Shown here: one piece after another, positions 51,501-64,000 of the stretch
Numbering within the stretch: position 1 is the first letter of the stretch
Layout: every line of letters starts with the position of its first letter
Source of the DNA: Balanoglossus misakiensis
Taxonomy: Eukaryota; Animalia; Hemichordata
Reading direction: 5' to 3'
NCBI GenBank assembly: GCA_040954595.2
Contig: CM082579.2
Location: 3,461,227-3,525,226 of the forward strand
Length of the DNA: 64,000 nucleotides
The notes under the pieces: model-generated
Told to the model about the DNA's origin: nothing
Database searches by the model: none
Seen by the model: the letters and a program-made list of their open reading frames with translations, nothing else
Position numbers and translations under genes: made by a program

Positions 51501-52212
51501 CATTAGCCACTTGACAAAATTTATTTTGCGCCGCTCGATAGTAAAAAAATATATTTCTGTGACTGGCCTGTCGACTTCCTCTCGTAATGATGAAGATTGA
51601 GTGGGCTGAAGACGGAACATGATTGCAACCATAATGCGTTGCAAAATATCCCTCCTTGTCAGGATATCCTGATCATATTCATCACAGAAGTGTCATAGTG
51701 AACTGCTTCCTTGTCGCAGGCAAGCCAGGCAACTGCGCAAACACTTCCATCACGCTGTGTTGGTTTTTAATGATACTTGAAAGTATAGCGACCGGGGTCC
51801 TTTTAAAGTGCGTCCTGCGTCATGTTACTGGGAATCTTTTTTATCTGCGTCTGTGACGCTTGAAGGTGAAAAAAGCACAACTTGCACGTATTTCCTCTTA
51901 TTTAATAAAAAAATATGTAAATTTCTATTTTGAATTTCGATCAGCTCCTGTGGGTATGTGGCTGTATATTTGGGTTAAATTCTTTCGTTTAAATATGCAG
52001 ACGCCATATTCATGATATTTGAACTCAGTGAATTGATTTTTAAGAACCATTGACTTTATTTGAAATTGTCGCAACCGTGTTTCACACATCTATTGTGCCG
52101 AGGGGGGCGATCAGTCACTATGCGCGAGTCCAAAGTGTCGTTGCACGCAATCCCCGACAGCGCCGCCAACGTTGCCGGATGCCGCCGACCTGCTGGTACG
52201 CGGAACTTGTGC

Positions 52213-52250
52213 ATTGGTGGGCCGCGAGACCCAATACCGCGCTATTTAAG
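52213..52250 (+). promoter_or_regulatory. Core promoter of neuropeptide gene: CCAAT boxes and TATA-like TATTTAA
   Basis: ATTGG at 52213, CCAAT at 52231, TATTTAAG at 52243, about 90 nt upstream of the ATG at 52335. Confidence 0.55.
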
Positions 52251-52334
52251 AGAGGAAACGTGCGTGCCAACTTGCATTTTACAATTGGTAGCCAGTCGTT
52301 GCACAAGCGGTGATTTGAACCTGAAACAATCGTC

Positions 52335-55300
52335 ATGGGCCGTGCGGTAGTCGTTCTCTTGTGTGTTGTGATCACCTGTTCGCTCGGTGGCCGGGCTCTG
52401 GAGACGGAGGAGCCGGAACAGAATGTGGACTGGGGGAAAGTGCGAAGTTTGCTGGCAAAGGTAAGACAGTCGTCGTTGTCGGTCTCTGCCAGGTATTCAG
52501 TGTTTGTTTTTCGGGATTGTAACGTAGTCCCACTGACCAGTTAGGGGTCGTAGAAACACCGATATTGGCGCTGAAATTTGAGGTTAACGGGCCGGGTCAT
52601 GACTTGTACCATACATCATGACAAGCAACGCGCCTGTAAAAAAAGGTGACTTCGCGAGTCGCCAAAGCTTGGTGACGGCAGCATGTTCAATCTCACCATA
52701 TATAAATATTAACAGTTGTCATTATACACTGTCGCGTTTGATCTTATCTTTTAAAAAGCGGATAAATCGGTTCTCCTTCAGACTGAACAACCGTGCGTTT
52801 TGCGCTCTCGTCGGGGGAGCTGGGTATCAAACGGCCATCGCAGAAAAAAGTGAATGGAAAGTAATTGAAGCCAGCGCGCACCTCCTTGCGCTTCCGTTGA
52901 AACTACGCCTATGAACGTACATTTCGCGTCCGCGCGCGTACGCAGCCTTGTTCAATTTAGGTTGACAATAGCAGGAGAGTGACACTCTTGAATTTTCCAT
53001 CACGTCGTTATTATAAGTTACGAGCCACGGTTGACATGATGATGATGACTTAATTGGATGAGAAGACACTCATTAAAGATTAGTAAAACAGCTCAAATAA
53101 AAACGGGAATATAAAAACCTGCCATCGTTTTTTTTTCGTAACAGGTTGATTAATGTTTCTTCTACTGCGACAATGCTAAACTTTTATTACAGTATATTGG
53201 CCATTATGGAAATCGGAAATTTGCGGACGTCTCCGAAGCAAGAAAGCAAACAGCGCAGTTTTATCGAATAAAGCGGTTTTTAGCTTCGTTTGTTTGCGTA
53301 AATAGTGAGAGTACACGGGGGTCTATACTCTGCGTTCTCCGCGATGCGATTCATAATTAAAGATTGCCTGATAATAGGGTCTGAAATGTGATCGCGTTAA
53401 ACGGAAACGACTCCCATCGTCGCCAAAAAGCACACTTTCTTTTGTGGGAACCGTTTTGCAATTCATCTTTGTACTTGTCGCGGTTGCCGTGGAATTTCGC
53501 GGGATTTATCGACATTTCCGTACTTGACCTGGGCACTATCACTCCAGCGCCAACAGTTGCGCTTCAGAGCGGGGCTCGCCACACCGGTCGCCGTCATCGA
53601 CACCGGCCTGCCAAGCCCCTTCTCCCGCGGCAAACCAATAAGTCCTCGCCCGAATCTAATTTCGTCGGGGAACCTAGTTCTTGCGGCGAGTCATCCCGGA
53701 ATTAAAATTCTGAATTTAAGATTAAACTCATTCAAACGTGCAAACTGTGGCGTGCTTACAAGTCTGAGCGATCAGAGAACAATTGCGTCACCACCCATCC
53801 AAGAGATACAAATTACAAGACCCTTTGAACTTAACCACACTTACTACCACTTAAAAATTCCAGAATCTTCCAGATTTTAACAAAAAATCGCGTTTTATAT
53901 TTCGACGCCAACCATTAGTCTCGAAAATAGCAGAATGTCGAAGGTAGCCGAAGAACAACGAACATCCCTGAGGGAATAACGCGTACCGCATTGTGTGTCA
54001 TATTCTCAGATCTAATATTTCCCAACCAATTGAAATGTCAACAATACCGTGGCCCAGTCAAAGAAAATATCATTTAAATTCGAATGCATCGCCATAATGG
54101 GCCAGAAACCTCAGCAGAATATATGTGAAATTAGGTAAGAAAATATACAGCTATAATCTGACATTGCAATTTTCTGAGTCCGTGCGCTCGCCTAAGAAAC
54201 ACAAAGCGTGACTTGTATCACGGTTGTGAATTCATCACAGAGTGTGTGTGTTCTTAAATTAGGTTCTTCGGTTGTCAAGTAAGTGCATCAGGGTAGATTA
54301 TCTCCAAGTGACAGCCCCCCTTCCCCGCCTGAAAAGATTAGCGAATATACTGTTATATGCCACTTCGTCATATCCACATGTCCGACAGCCACGTCAACTT
54401 CAAAGACGGCGTGCCCGTGGCTCTGGAGTTCCGTTGAAATTAACGGGGGGGGGGGGGCATTCCATCTTGTGCGCACTCCACTTCGTTTTGGTTGGTGCGG
54501 TCAGGATTTGACAGGTAGACTGGCAAATAAAACTAGGTCTACATCCACTTTGGGGTACGCAGCTGGACGTTAATAAACGCGCACCTTGGGAAAGGTGGTA
54601 TTACGTAATGCAAATTACAGACAAAGTTGTTAGACAAAAGAAATTTGAAGCATGTGCACAGAATAGTCGACATCACCCAAACACTTTTTATGTTGACAGT
54701 TTTGAATTATTTCTCGCATACTGCCCATATTTGCTTGATTTCGATCGTCTTTTGACGAATGGAAAGAAATCGTAACCAGCTTTAAAACGTTACTATTCAA
54801 ATTTCCGCTTCGCTGGGGTCATCGATTTGTAGTTTGAGCGAAAATACTCATCGACTGGATTTCTATATAAGTCTTACTATTTCACTGCCGAAGAGAAAAT
54901 TACGGTTCGCGGATGGACCTTATCCGTTAACAAGCTCGGGATAAGAATGAATTCTTTAGCCAGAAAAAAAACTGTCAACGGCATAAGCGAGGTGCATTTG
55001 CTCAGAATACTTTGACATACTACGAGATCGCTGCTTTCATTTGAAATGACATGACATCGTAATTTCATTTGGGAAGAAAAATACAGGTGTTCCCACGGGA
55101 CACAGCATCGCGACCACCATTGAACATGTGCAGTCGTCGCCGTACGGTTGTTTTAGGCGCGAATTGATAATGTGGCCCCAGAGATCAACGGAACTCCGCT
55201 TCATATATTTGATAAAACTAAAAACTAGAATGTGTTGGTGGCCACAGATTACGGGGCAACGCATGCACGCAGCTTTAATAAACCTTATAAGCCAGTGGAA

Positions 55301-58300
55301 GTCACACTTCTGGTTATAAATAAACTCTAGTGCGATAACGCGACCAACAGAAACTCACCGTGGCTACTCCCAAAGGATTATCACAAGGTTGCGGGGTTTT
55401 ATGACAGAGAAAACTATTTTTATCTGGATAGGATTTCGTTCAAGACAAGGACTCGGGCGCGGAAATACCGAGAGAAAACAATACATGATTCAACGAGTGG
55501 TTGGAATGACGTATCCAACAAAACTCTTTCACGATACAAAGTTGGATATCTTGCACGATTTGACAAGAAACAGGCGCGCGGCATTTTCCTGCTGAAATAA
55601 TGTCGGCTACTGCCATTTAGTATTAATAGGCTTATTCATATTTTTGTGCGTAAACATCCATTAATAAGAGTGACTTTTACGCATTCCAATCAAATCAATA
55701 ACTGTACTCTCTGCTCAATAATCCGGTTTCACACTTTTCCATCAGCAAGCTAAGCCTTCCCTGATTGGATTGTTGTCGACATCGAAGGTAGACTGGTAAC
55801 TTGTCATCCAATCAAAGCTTGCGTTCCGGGATGATCGATTTGGCCCTTCGGCCACGCCGTGTTTTTGAGACCATTTGGTGTTCATGACGTCATCGACTGG
55901 CATGGATTTCGTGAGAGAGGCGTTTACGTCGGCGGCAAAACTGTAGACTGTACCATGTACTTTAGATTTTATACCCACTGGCACAAGTGGTCAGGTATTG
56001 GTTATCTTATTTACAATCGCACAAAGAGTACATTTTTGTACACCGGGTGTACAAATTGGTGGGTTTGTTTTCAGATTCCAGGTTGTGTTGTTTACATCGT
56101 TTAATGGGATTCCTGCGTGGTTAGAGGATTTTGTGTGAACGGGTCAGAGGTGGGGGATTAATCACAACGCGAGATTGCAAAAAAAAAAATAAACAAATTT
56201 GGTGTACGCAGAAATCAGTGCTTCTTCTGTTGATTTTCACGTCGCGCGAGTTGCTCTGGTTCGCACTCCATGAACCTTCGTTAATTGTAACGATTCCCTC
56301 GATGTTTGTGTCATCAAATCTCGGTCTTTCATGCTTGTGACCACATGACAGTCTGTCTGTCTCTCTGTCCCTCTCTGTCTGCCCCTCTCCCCCGTGTTCA
56401 TTCTGCGTGCCGCACCAGCTTGTATGTCATTGCCATCCTCAGAACAGTGAGAATGCCCACCTTCTGCAGAAACTGGCATTGGAGTCCACGCGAGTGATAA
56501 ATTTGCTCGTTCTGTCCCATTTCCGGGGGCTGATGAAGGCAAACCTCGACCGCGCTAATTTAACAAGGTGACATAAAGTGGTAGTGCCAAGAGCGATCGT
56601 TACTTCAAATCTCTCGTAGGAATCACAACGCATCAAGGATTGATAACAGTAATTTGTTGATAATGCGTTGTCAGTGTCTACACGCTGAACGGATTTCCCA
56701 TGACGAAAAACCTCTCCGTATGCAGCTCAGTCACGCTGCAGATCTTCATTTCAAATCAAAAGTGGCTGTCTGTAACTCTCGTCAAAGAGATGGCGCGCGA
56801 CCATCTACAATTGCTTGGGTAGTTTTGCTAGGCCCTGTGCTTTCATTTAAAGGGTGAAATGTCAAAAACCCACTTTTAGTGTCGTCGGGCGTGTGGTGTC
56901 GATGGCTCCGGATGACGTCATGGGACTCCATTGTGTGCGATGTTCCCAACTTTCTTGAACAGGAGAAACGGTGCACGATTTCTCTCTCTATTAATTTAGA
57001 GAAATCCGGATTTGTTTTGCGTAATCACTGTGTCTAATATGCACAAATCCTCTTAGAACGACTTTCCTGTGCTGGTCACGGAGAAAACGTCGACTACTTG
57101 CACTGCGACATAGAAACATGAAAAGCCTGCCGACTGACTTCGTTCACTTTGAGTTGTTGCGAAGACTAACGCTGATTGGTTGATTGGATCTTGCTGCCAT
57201 AGCAGCAATGACTTCATGATTTATCCTCACCCAATGAAATCAGGCTACGTCACATGTATTTGTGATTTCCAGACTGTATCGTCTGCAGCACTCTAGACAT
57301 ATAGGTACATATATAGTTAGTAAATTATTTTGGGCCTGTACTATCATATTTTCTTTATGAAAGTCAGCCAGCCAGCCAGCCAGTCAGTCAATCAAAGAAA
57401 GTAATTTCGGGCTTGACAATTGTGTATTTCTGTTTTCTATCTAAAGCGTCTGATCGATTTAACGCTGAATGACCAAAAACTCTTCTATAATTACATCAAA
57501 GGATTTCTCAAGAAATTAACTTTCTAGTGACAAATCATTATACATGTACTAATGCAAAATGGTGATATTTTGAAAGCACGCTTCTTCCCAAGCATATTCA
57601 AATTTTGTAGTTTTTGACATGGACATCATCCAATCAATGCTAATCAGAGTTTTGATACATTTTCACTCAGATCTGTAAAGCTAATACTCTTGAAATTTTG
57701 CAGAGAGGGGAAAGAGGCTTTAAATGGACAGGAAATGATCCAAATGAAGGAAACCTGTCGAAAGCGGGAAAATGTTTATTCGTTATATGGGCCATATCAA
57801 TTCTCGGAAATCGGAGATTAAAATGAAATGTAAATGAGATCGTATGCCTTTCGGAAAGGGGCGCAAAGGCACCGTTACTCGTGTTACAAGCCCTGATTAT
57901 AATGTACATAGCAATTAACCGCGCCACTGTTTGTCATATCATTTGTCAAAATCTTATGACTCCACATGATGTTTTCATGTTCATTTTTAGTCAAACTCGC
58001 GCTGTTTGTTCAGGAAATTTGCACGCTGTTCAACTGAACGCTGTTTTCGACTTGGGAAACATCATCTCCCGTTTCGCTTAGAGACGCTTTCATCTCCCGG
58101 ACGACAGACTTCAAAAGTAGAATGCCACGCTAAACTGGCAAACATTTGAAGCGGGAGAGATCATGAGAGGATTAACAATATAATTACCAACGAATTCGAG
58201 TTATTGTTTGAGTCTTAGGTTCCGAGGTCTTGCGTGGGTTTCAAGCACTCGACGATTTGCGATTGGAAAAGCCCAGGTAGCGCTTTGTCAGTAAACAAGG

Positions 58301-59928
58301 AAATAACAAGTAACGAAAATGTATTCACTTCCGTATCTACTAACTCAGTATTCATATGTAAGAAACACAAATGGGTGGATTGGATTGCAGATATGGGGAG
58401 AAAAGGGAACTGAGAGACAGACAGACAGACAGACAGGGAATGATGACGTGCCCTGTCACGTGTCACCTGTGGGCGAATGTGCGATTTCAAGTTGGCTTGT
58501 AAAATATTAGCGAAGGAGGATACCTGCATTGATAAATCTGGAACAGATTAAAAGAAATTATGATCAGAAATAATCGCCTTATTGAAATACTCAGCACTTG
58601 GCAGGCGTGTGTATGAGTCTATGTGGTGACAAGTGTGAGATATAATCATCGGTGACAGCTGGACGCGATATGGAGACTCACTCCAAGTGACTTGTATATC
58701 TTGTAGAGGATCTTATGATTGGAGGCGCTCTCCGTGGGCGAATATATAGAATACACCAGACATGATCAAGTGGACATGAGATAATATGCAAATTATTCAT
58801 CCCACTTTTGACCAATGAGCGCATTCGTAACACGCTCACTTTTGTAGGAGTTCCCGAAGCAGCTGGCCTGTCTGTCTGTCTGTCTGTCTGTGAGACTAAC
58901 TAACTGATTGATTGATTGATTGATTGATTGGTTGTTTCTTATTTTATCAGATGGCACTTGCAATGAGACGTGAAAAAGAAGCAGAGGCAATGGAACTCAT
59001 GAGGCAGAATGCTTTGAGTGAAGTCGGCATGTACAGTGACGCCACTTACGATGACAAAGTCGAACAACAAAATCCGAGCAATATCATTGAACAGAACAAA
59101 AGGCAAGGCCCGATTACTGGGGATCTATTTACGGAGTTTGGTAAGCGCGGTAAAGATGGCCAGTTTGACGAGCAGGGCAAACGGCGGGGCCCGATAACCG
59201 GGGACCTGTTTACAGAGTTTGGTAAACGTGGACAGGACAAACGGCGGGGTCCTATCACCGGCGATTTGTTCACGGAGTTTGGCAAACGCGGGAGAGAAGG
59301 CGGCGCTGTTGAAGAAGACAAGCGGCGTGGCCCGATCACCGGGGACCTGTTTACGGAATTCGGCAAACGCGCGAAGGAAGACCAGTTTGTCGGACAAGGC
59401 AAACGATACGGCCCGATAACTGGGGACCTCTTTACGGAATTCGGTAGACGTGCAAAAGACGACGAATCTGCCGGTCTTGACAAGCGATATGGGCCGATTA
59501 CCGGAGACCTCTTTACGGAATTCGGCAGACATGCGAAAGACGACGAATTCGAAGAACAGGCTAAACGACAGGGCCCGATCACCGGAGATCTTTTCACCGA
59601 ATTCGGTAAACGCGTGAAACAGCTATCAGAAAACTCGGCAGGTGATGACGGCGGTGAATATTACGACGACAATGACGAAGAAAAACGAAATCCCTTAACC
59701 GGCGATCTTTTTACGGAATTCGACAAGCGAATGAGAGGAAGCGACGACATCAACAGAAACCAGCTGCCGGCGGACGCGTACACCATCGAGGAAAAGCGAC
59801 AGGGCCCCATCACCGGCGACCTATTCACGGAATTCGGCAGGAGATCGAAGGCCGGAGACGACGCCAGGCAGAAAGAGTTAGCCGCTTTATTCTTGCAAAG
59901 GGGTAGGAACGACAACTCGCAAAGATAA
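52335..59928 (+). CDS. Neuropeptide precursor (367 aa): signal peptide plus 9 copies of (Q/R/Y)GPITGDLFTEF-amide-type peptides; 2 exons
   Basis: Exon 1, 52335-52460 (MGRAVVVLLCVVITCSLGGRA.. hydrophobic signal peptide, donor AAG|GTAAGA), joins in phase 0 to exon 2, 58951-59928 (acceptor ttttatcAG). Repeats are flanked by KR/RR convertase sites, have Gly amide donors and are separated by acidic spacers. Confidence 0.92.
58869..58930. repeat. (TGTC)n and (ATTG)n microsatellites immediately upstream of the neuropeptide exon 2 acceptor
   Basis: tgtctgtctgtctgtctgtc...ctaactaactaactgattgattgattgattgattg. Confidence 0.85.
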
Positions 59929-62900
59929 TGCCAGCAACAGCAGCACAACACAAGTCATGGTTTTGTCTCAAACGTAATAGAAAACAAATTTACATTCAAA
60001 CGTGAAATATGCTTGATTTTAAGCGCCTTTGTCAGCACGATGATTATTGCACGTCCGTGACAATATCTTGCCTTTCCGTTGTCCGAACTATTTATTTTCT
60101 TCAAGTTAGTGTTTTAGTTTATTATTTATGCCTATTTGTTCGAGTAAAAGCATACATTGAAATATGCGTTTGTATCTTATCTTTAATAACACTCATTTTG
60201 TTAAATGTAGAGCACAGTTATACCCAACACGCAAGGAATTGAATCGTCTATGGATGTAACTTATCAGACAGTTTTATGTCCAGAATGTTTTCAACGCCTC
60301 AATCAGAACCGGATGTGTTCCGACAATACTAGTGCGCATGCGGGGTCATTAGGATACAATTTTTGCAAATAGCGACAAGTAAGTCTGTTGCTACAAGACG
60401 AAAGTTTTTTTATGTGAAGTTGAAAGGTTCTTGCGCACATTTTGCCCTGAAATGCAGTTTTATCAGTGTAACCAATACATTAAAAAAGAATGTATTGTGA
60501 ATTCAAACCTTTAATAATGTGAAAAAAATAAATTGTTGATTTTCTTTGTAAGATAATGGTAAAGATACACTACTTCATATTTCTATTTCAAAAATGACCC
60601 CCCCCCCCTTGAACAGTCACTGAAACAACAACTATGTAATACGCTATACAATAAGTAACCAGCGATGATGACTCGGAAAGCCTACACGTACATCCTGTAT
60701 TTTGACAGCAAAGACAATCTCGAAATGTCACGTCCGCCGATAATAGACTTTCTGACAAGTTACATCTGCCCAGGCTTTTAAAGAAAAATAATATCACCGC
60801 GACTCCTTTCTGTAGTATAGTGTTACTTACAACAGAAATGACAAACTGCCGAACTAAAGTACAGACGTCTTAGATATATTAAGTTTTTTTTGTTTTACAA
60901 TATGGAGAGTCCTTTTTAACTTCGCCAGATTTCGAAATGCCAAACCGGAATCTTCTGACGAAAGTTGGGTTATATTCATATCCTCTGGGGGAAATTGTCT
61001 CGTGTTGTTCTGAATTCCACACACAGTCATGTTAGAATTTCAAGGTCCGGGTACTTTCGATTGAAAAAAATGTTTCCACGAGAAGTCAATCGAGGCGCGT
61101 TTGCACACGCCCCTGCGATGCGGGCAGTGGCGACTTGTACCATACATATGCTAATCAAATCTGATGAGATTTTGTACAGCCTAAATAGATTTATGACAGC
61201 TGGTTGCAACTTCAGGTGTTGAGGTTGACGTTTTAATGCCTTCATAGAATGCCACAAGTTATTTTCAAAATGTGGACATTTTTAGAGCGAGCAGAATGTT
61301 CAATTTAGTGTGAACTGTATAAAATCTCACATCTCACAATCAGTGTCATAGCAACCAAAATTTGCATATCTTCGGCCAGCCTTTCCTTTAGATATCAGAC
61401 ATTGTATTTTATGATACTTTGGGGAAATACATGTGAAAATTCCTTGTTAATGTCGTGTCGGTTCTATATTTTACGTCCAGGCTTTGCAGTGAAAACTCAA
61501 CAATTCCCACGTTCGCGTTTGTGTGATAGATATATAGGCAAGGTGATTTTTTTCCTCGCGTCTTTGTTTTTAAATACCATGCCCACTTACGCCTCGGCTG
61601 TCAGATTAAAGTGCATTACAGTCTAGGGTTCACGTCATATTTCCTGTAACCAAAATGTCGAAAGTCAGTTTTAATCTCATCAAATATCTCGATCAGATTT
61701 AGATTAACAAGTGCTACTTAAAGGGGGAAATTTATTGATGTCGACGAAAAATGTGAAAATGTTATATAGTAGTAGTACACTGAAAAGAGAATGAATGAAT
61801 TAGATAAAACTGATAGATTTACTTTGGGTGGAGATCGCTGCGTCTTGTATGGAGACCGCAAAACAGATGCTTCACCACACATCATAAGGAGAAATGCATT
61901 TCTGCCAAGAATTGGTTCTGTTGCTACTTGTTCGGTCTCTGTTGGGAAGCTATTCTGCTTTCATGTAATGATTTTTTTCTCGAGTTTTCTTAAAGTAAGC
62001 ACGACTTCCTTTTGTGCGCCGTGAACTTTTTATTAGGGGGAAAAATTCATAAATCTAACGGGCTTTTAATTCAGCGTCCGCATCGCCCGCCGGGGACTAT
62101 TATTCATTCTGGATTAATAACGTCTGACATGCAAGGTGTATAGGTGAGCCCGACCGAGTAGTGGCAGTCCCAAGATTTGTCAAGGGATACACATAATTGG
62201 GAGAATAGGACGCAGAGTGAACGTCACTCGTTCCTCGCTTTCTTCTCCCGGAAAACCATCGCCTTGGTAACCGCGAAAAATAATGATAGTCGTGGACTTG
62301 TGAGAGTAGCCACGCTGTGACCTTTGACGTGACATGACCCCTGGAAAGTAGTCCGCTCTTCGCTCCATCCAGCTGGAAAAATATCAAATCCCTCCGCAGT
62401 AGTCTAATAACCGTGCCCCCTTTGTGAGGTTGTTGTTGTACTTTTTAGTGCTTCAGCGTGAAATCCAAGCTATCAATGCAACCGTTTTATTGGTTTTGTT
62501 TGAAACGAGCGCAGTGCCACGTAGTCTGTTTGGTTGAGTCGAGACTTCTGAGAGAGGACAGACATTTTGCGCCATTACTTCCGGTTTACAGAGATCCTTC
62601 ATATTGAGAATGAACGAACTTTGTTTCATAAGTGATTTGCAATGACGTATAATTCACATCCATCCCATTTGTGCTACGGGGGCGAGTCTCTTACGTCACA
62701 CATCCACCGGGCCTTTCGGCAGCATGGCGTCATCCGAAGTGTTTTTGATTCATCTGATGCAAATGTATTGGGATCAAATAACAAATAACGTCACTCAATT
62801 TTAAGGAACTTTCCCCGTTCATTTCAGACCATACAAAAGGAATGAATTGAAATTGTCAGAAAAACAAAACCTGTTTACTCTCGTTCCACTGCTTCGTGAG

Positions 62901-64000
62901 ATCTGATTTGGACTTTCTGACTGCGAGGTTTTGTAATATTTGCCCACGGCCACCGTGGTAATGACACTGCAGAGACATGCTTGCCTTTATAAAGCATAGC
63001 GTTTTATCTATATCGCCGTATCAGACTCTCGACACTGACAAACGCATTAGTCTGGTGCAGTGTCATTGACTGGAAATAGACGGCACTTAAAATGGCCGGT
63101 CGGAAACTTTCAAAGGTTACAGAACGGACGCAGTTCGGCGCGATGCTCGCGAAGAGCACAGATCCGGGTTGCTGACGGAACGGCCGGTGTGTCGGGGGAA
63201 ACGGCCAGGTGTAAATTTGAATGACAATGTTCTGATGACAGATGGGTGTAGGATGCGACGGGTGACGTTTAATTAAAGAGTGGAACACAGCTACGGGAAC
63301 ACAACAGAGGGTGGCGATCTTGTGAAGGACGATGACCCGTCATTGTTTCTTTGTAAGGCGACAAAGTGAACACAATTTCTTCTTGTGGCTTCAGCCTTCG
63401 AAACATCGACAGGCTATAATTAATGGTGTACTGCAGGTGAAAAATAAAAGCCCTTGACATTAGCCTAACAGACATGAACAAATACACGGGATATACACAG
63501 TGTGTGTGGAAGTCTGTGAACTTTAACTGCAGTGCTTGGTTTTAAACACCTTTCAAACACAACGACAGCGTAAATTAATATTTCTATGGCGATCGACCTT
63601 CGACGGTTTTTAATTTGTGCGCAGCCTTTGTTCGCTCAAAGTCGAATTTCAAGTAAAACGTTTCCGGGAAACTCTACTTCGAGAATCCCGAGGCTTTGTT
63701 AGACAATGCTATGAAAGGATAGTTATTAACGGCGATCACTCCACACAGCGACCGCGTATCAACATTTGGCTTTGACAGCTCCTGCCCTATGACCAGACAC
63801 GGAATGAAACGGGCGGTGGTTAATCACAAGGAAAAACTCGAGGTTTCCGGTGTGTGTTTCTGTTCCTTCAGCCGAGGAGAGTCAAGACTCAACAATAACG
63901 TGGTCTCCATGACGACGCAAGATGGTGGAAACGGATTCTGGCTGCTTTTTGCATAGGTTGGTGATTAACAGATAAAAAAACTCAAGAAAGTTTGGGGATC

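Noticed and set aside
52141-52165. RE1/NRSE-like GACAGCGCC in the neuropeptide promoter
   Set aside because: Only a half-site; the left half does not match.
59104-59841. CRISPR-like appearance of regularly spaced ~36-bp repeats with unique spacers
   Set aside because: Eukaryotic context, repeats vary at third codon positions and encode peptides, and no cas genes are present.
59046-59951. Repetitive antisense ORFs (SPVIGP/LPNSV repeats)
   Set aside because: Shadow frames of the neuropeptide repeat exon; the synonymous variation pattern supports the + frame.
60600-64000. Short ORFs at the window end
   Set aside because: No homology recognisable by eye; probably intergenic or regulatory sequence of a gene outside the window.

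Overview
Intron-rich animal genomic DNA with a compact, gene-dense layout. It is most consistent with a marine invertebrate such as an ambulacrarian or cephalochordate; the taxon is inferred, not established. Ten spliced protein-coding genes can be reconstructed by hand: an SLC6 amino-acid-type transporter (+); a tail-to-tail pair of RING/B-box/coiled-coil (TRIM) E3 ligases with non-canonical C-termini (an unrecognised alpha/beta TIR-like domain on +, a MIB/HERC2 domain on -); EXOSC9 (-) head-to-head with ATP6V0C (+); TRAP1 (-) head-to-head with SLC30A9 (+); HMGB (-) divergent from SAP30L (+); and a two-exon secreted neuropeptide precursor (+) with nine (x)GPITGDLFTEF-type peptides that I cannot assign to a known family. 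Other features are a U12-type intron and a PIF/Harbinger-type MITE in EXOSC9, a GC-AG intron in SLC30A9, and several microsatellites. The best candidates for something new are the FTEFamide neuropeptide precursor, the TRIM pair, and the SLC6 with an altered substrate/Na2 pocket. All gene models are manual splice reconstructions without transcript data.
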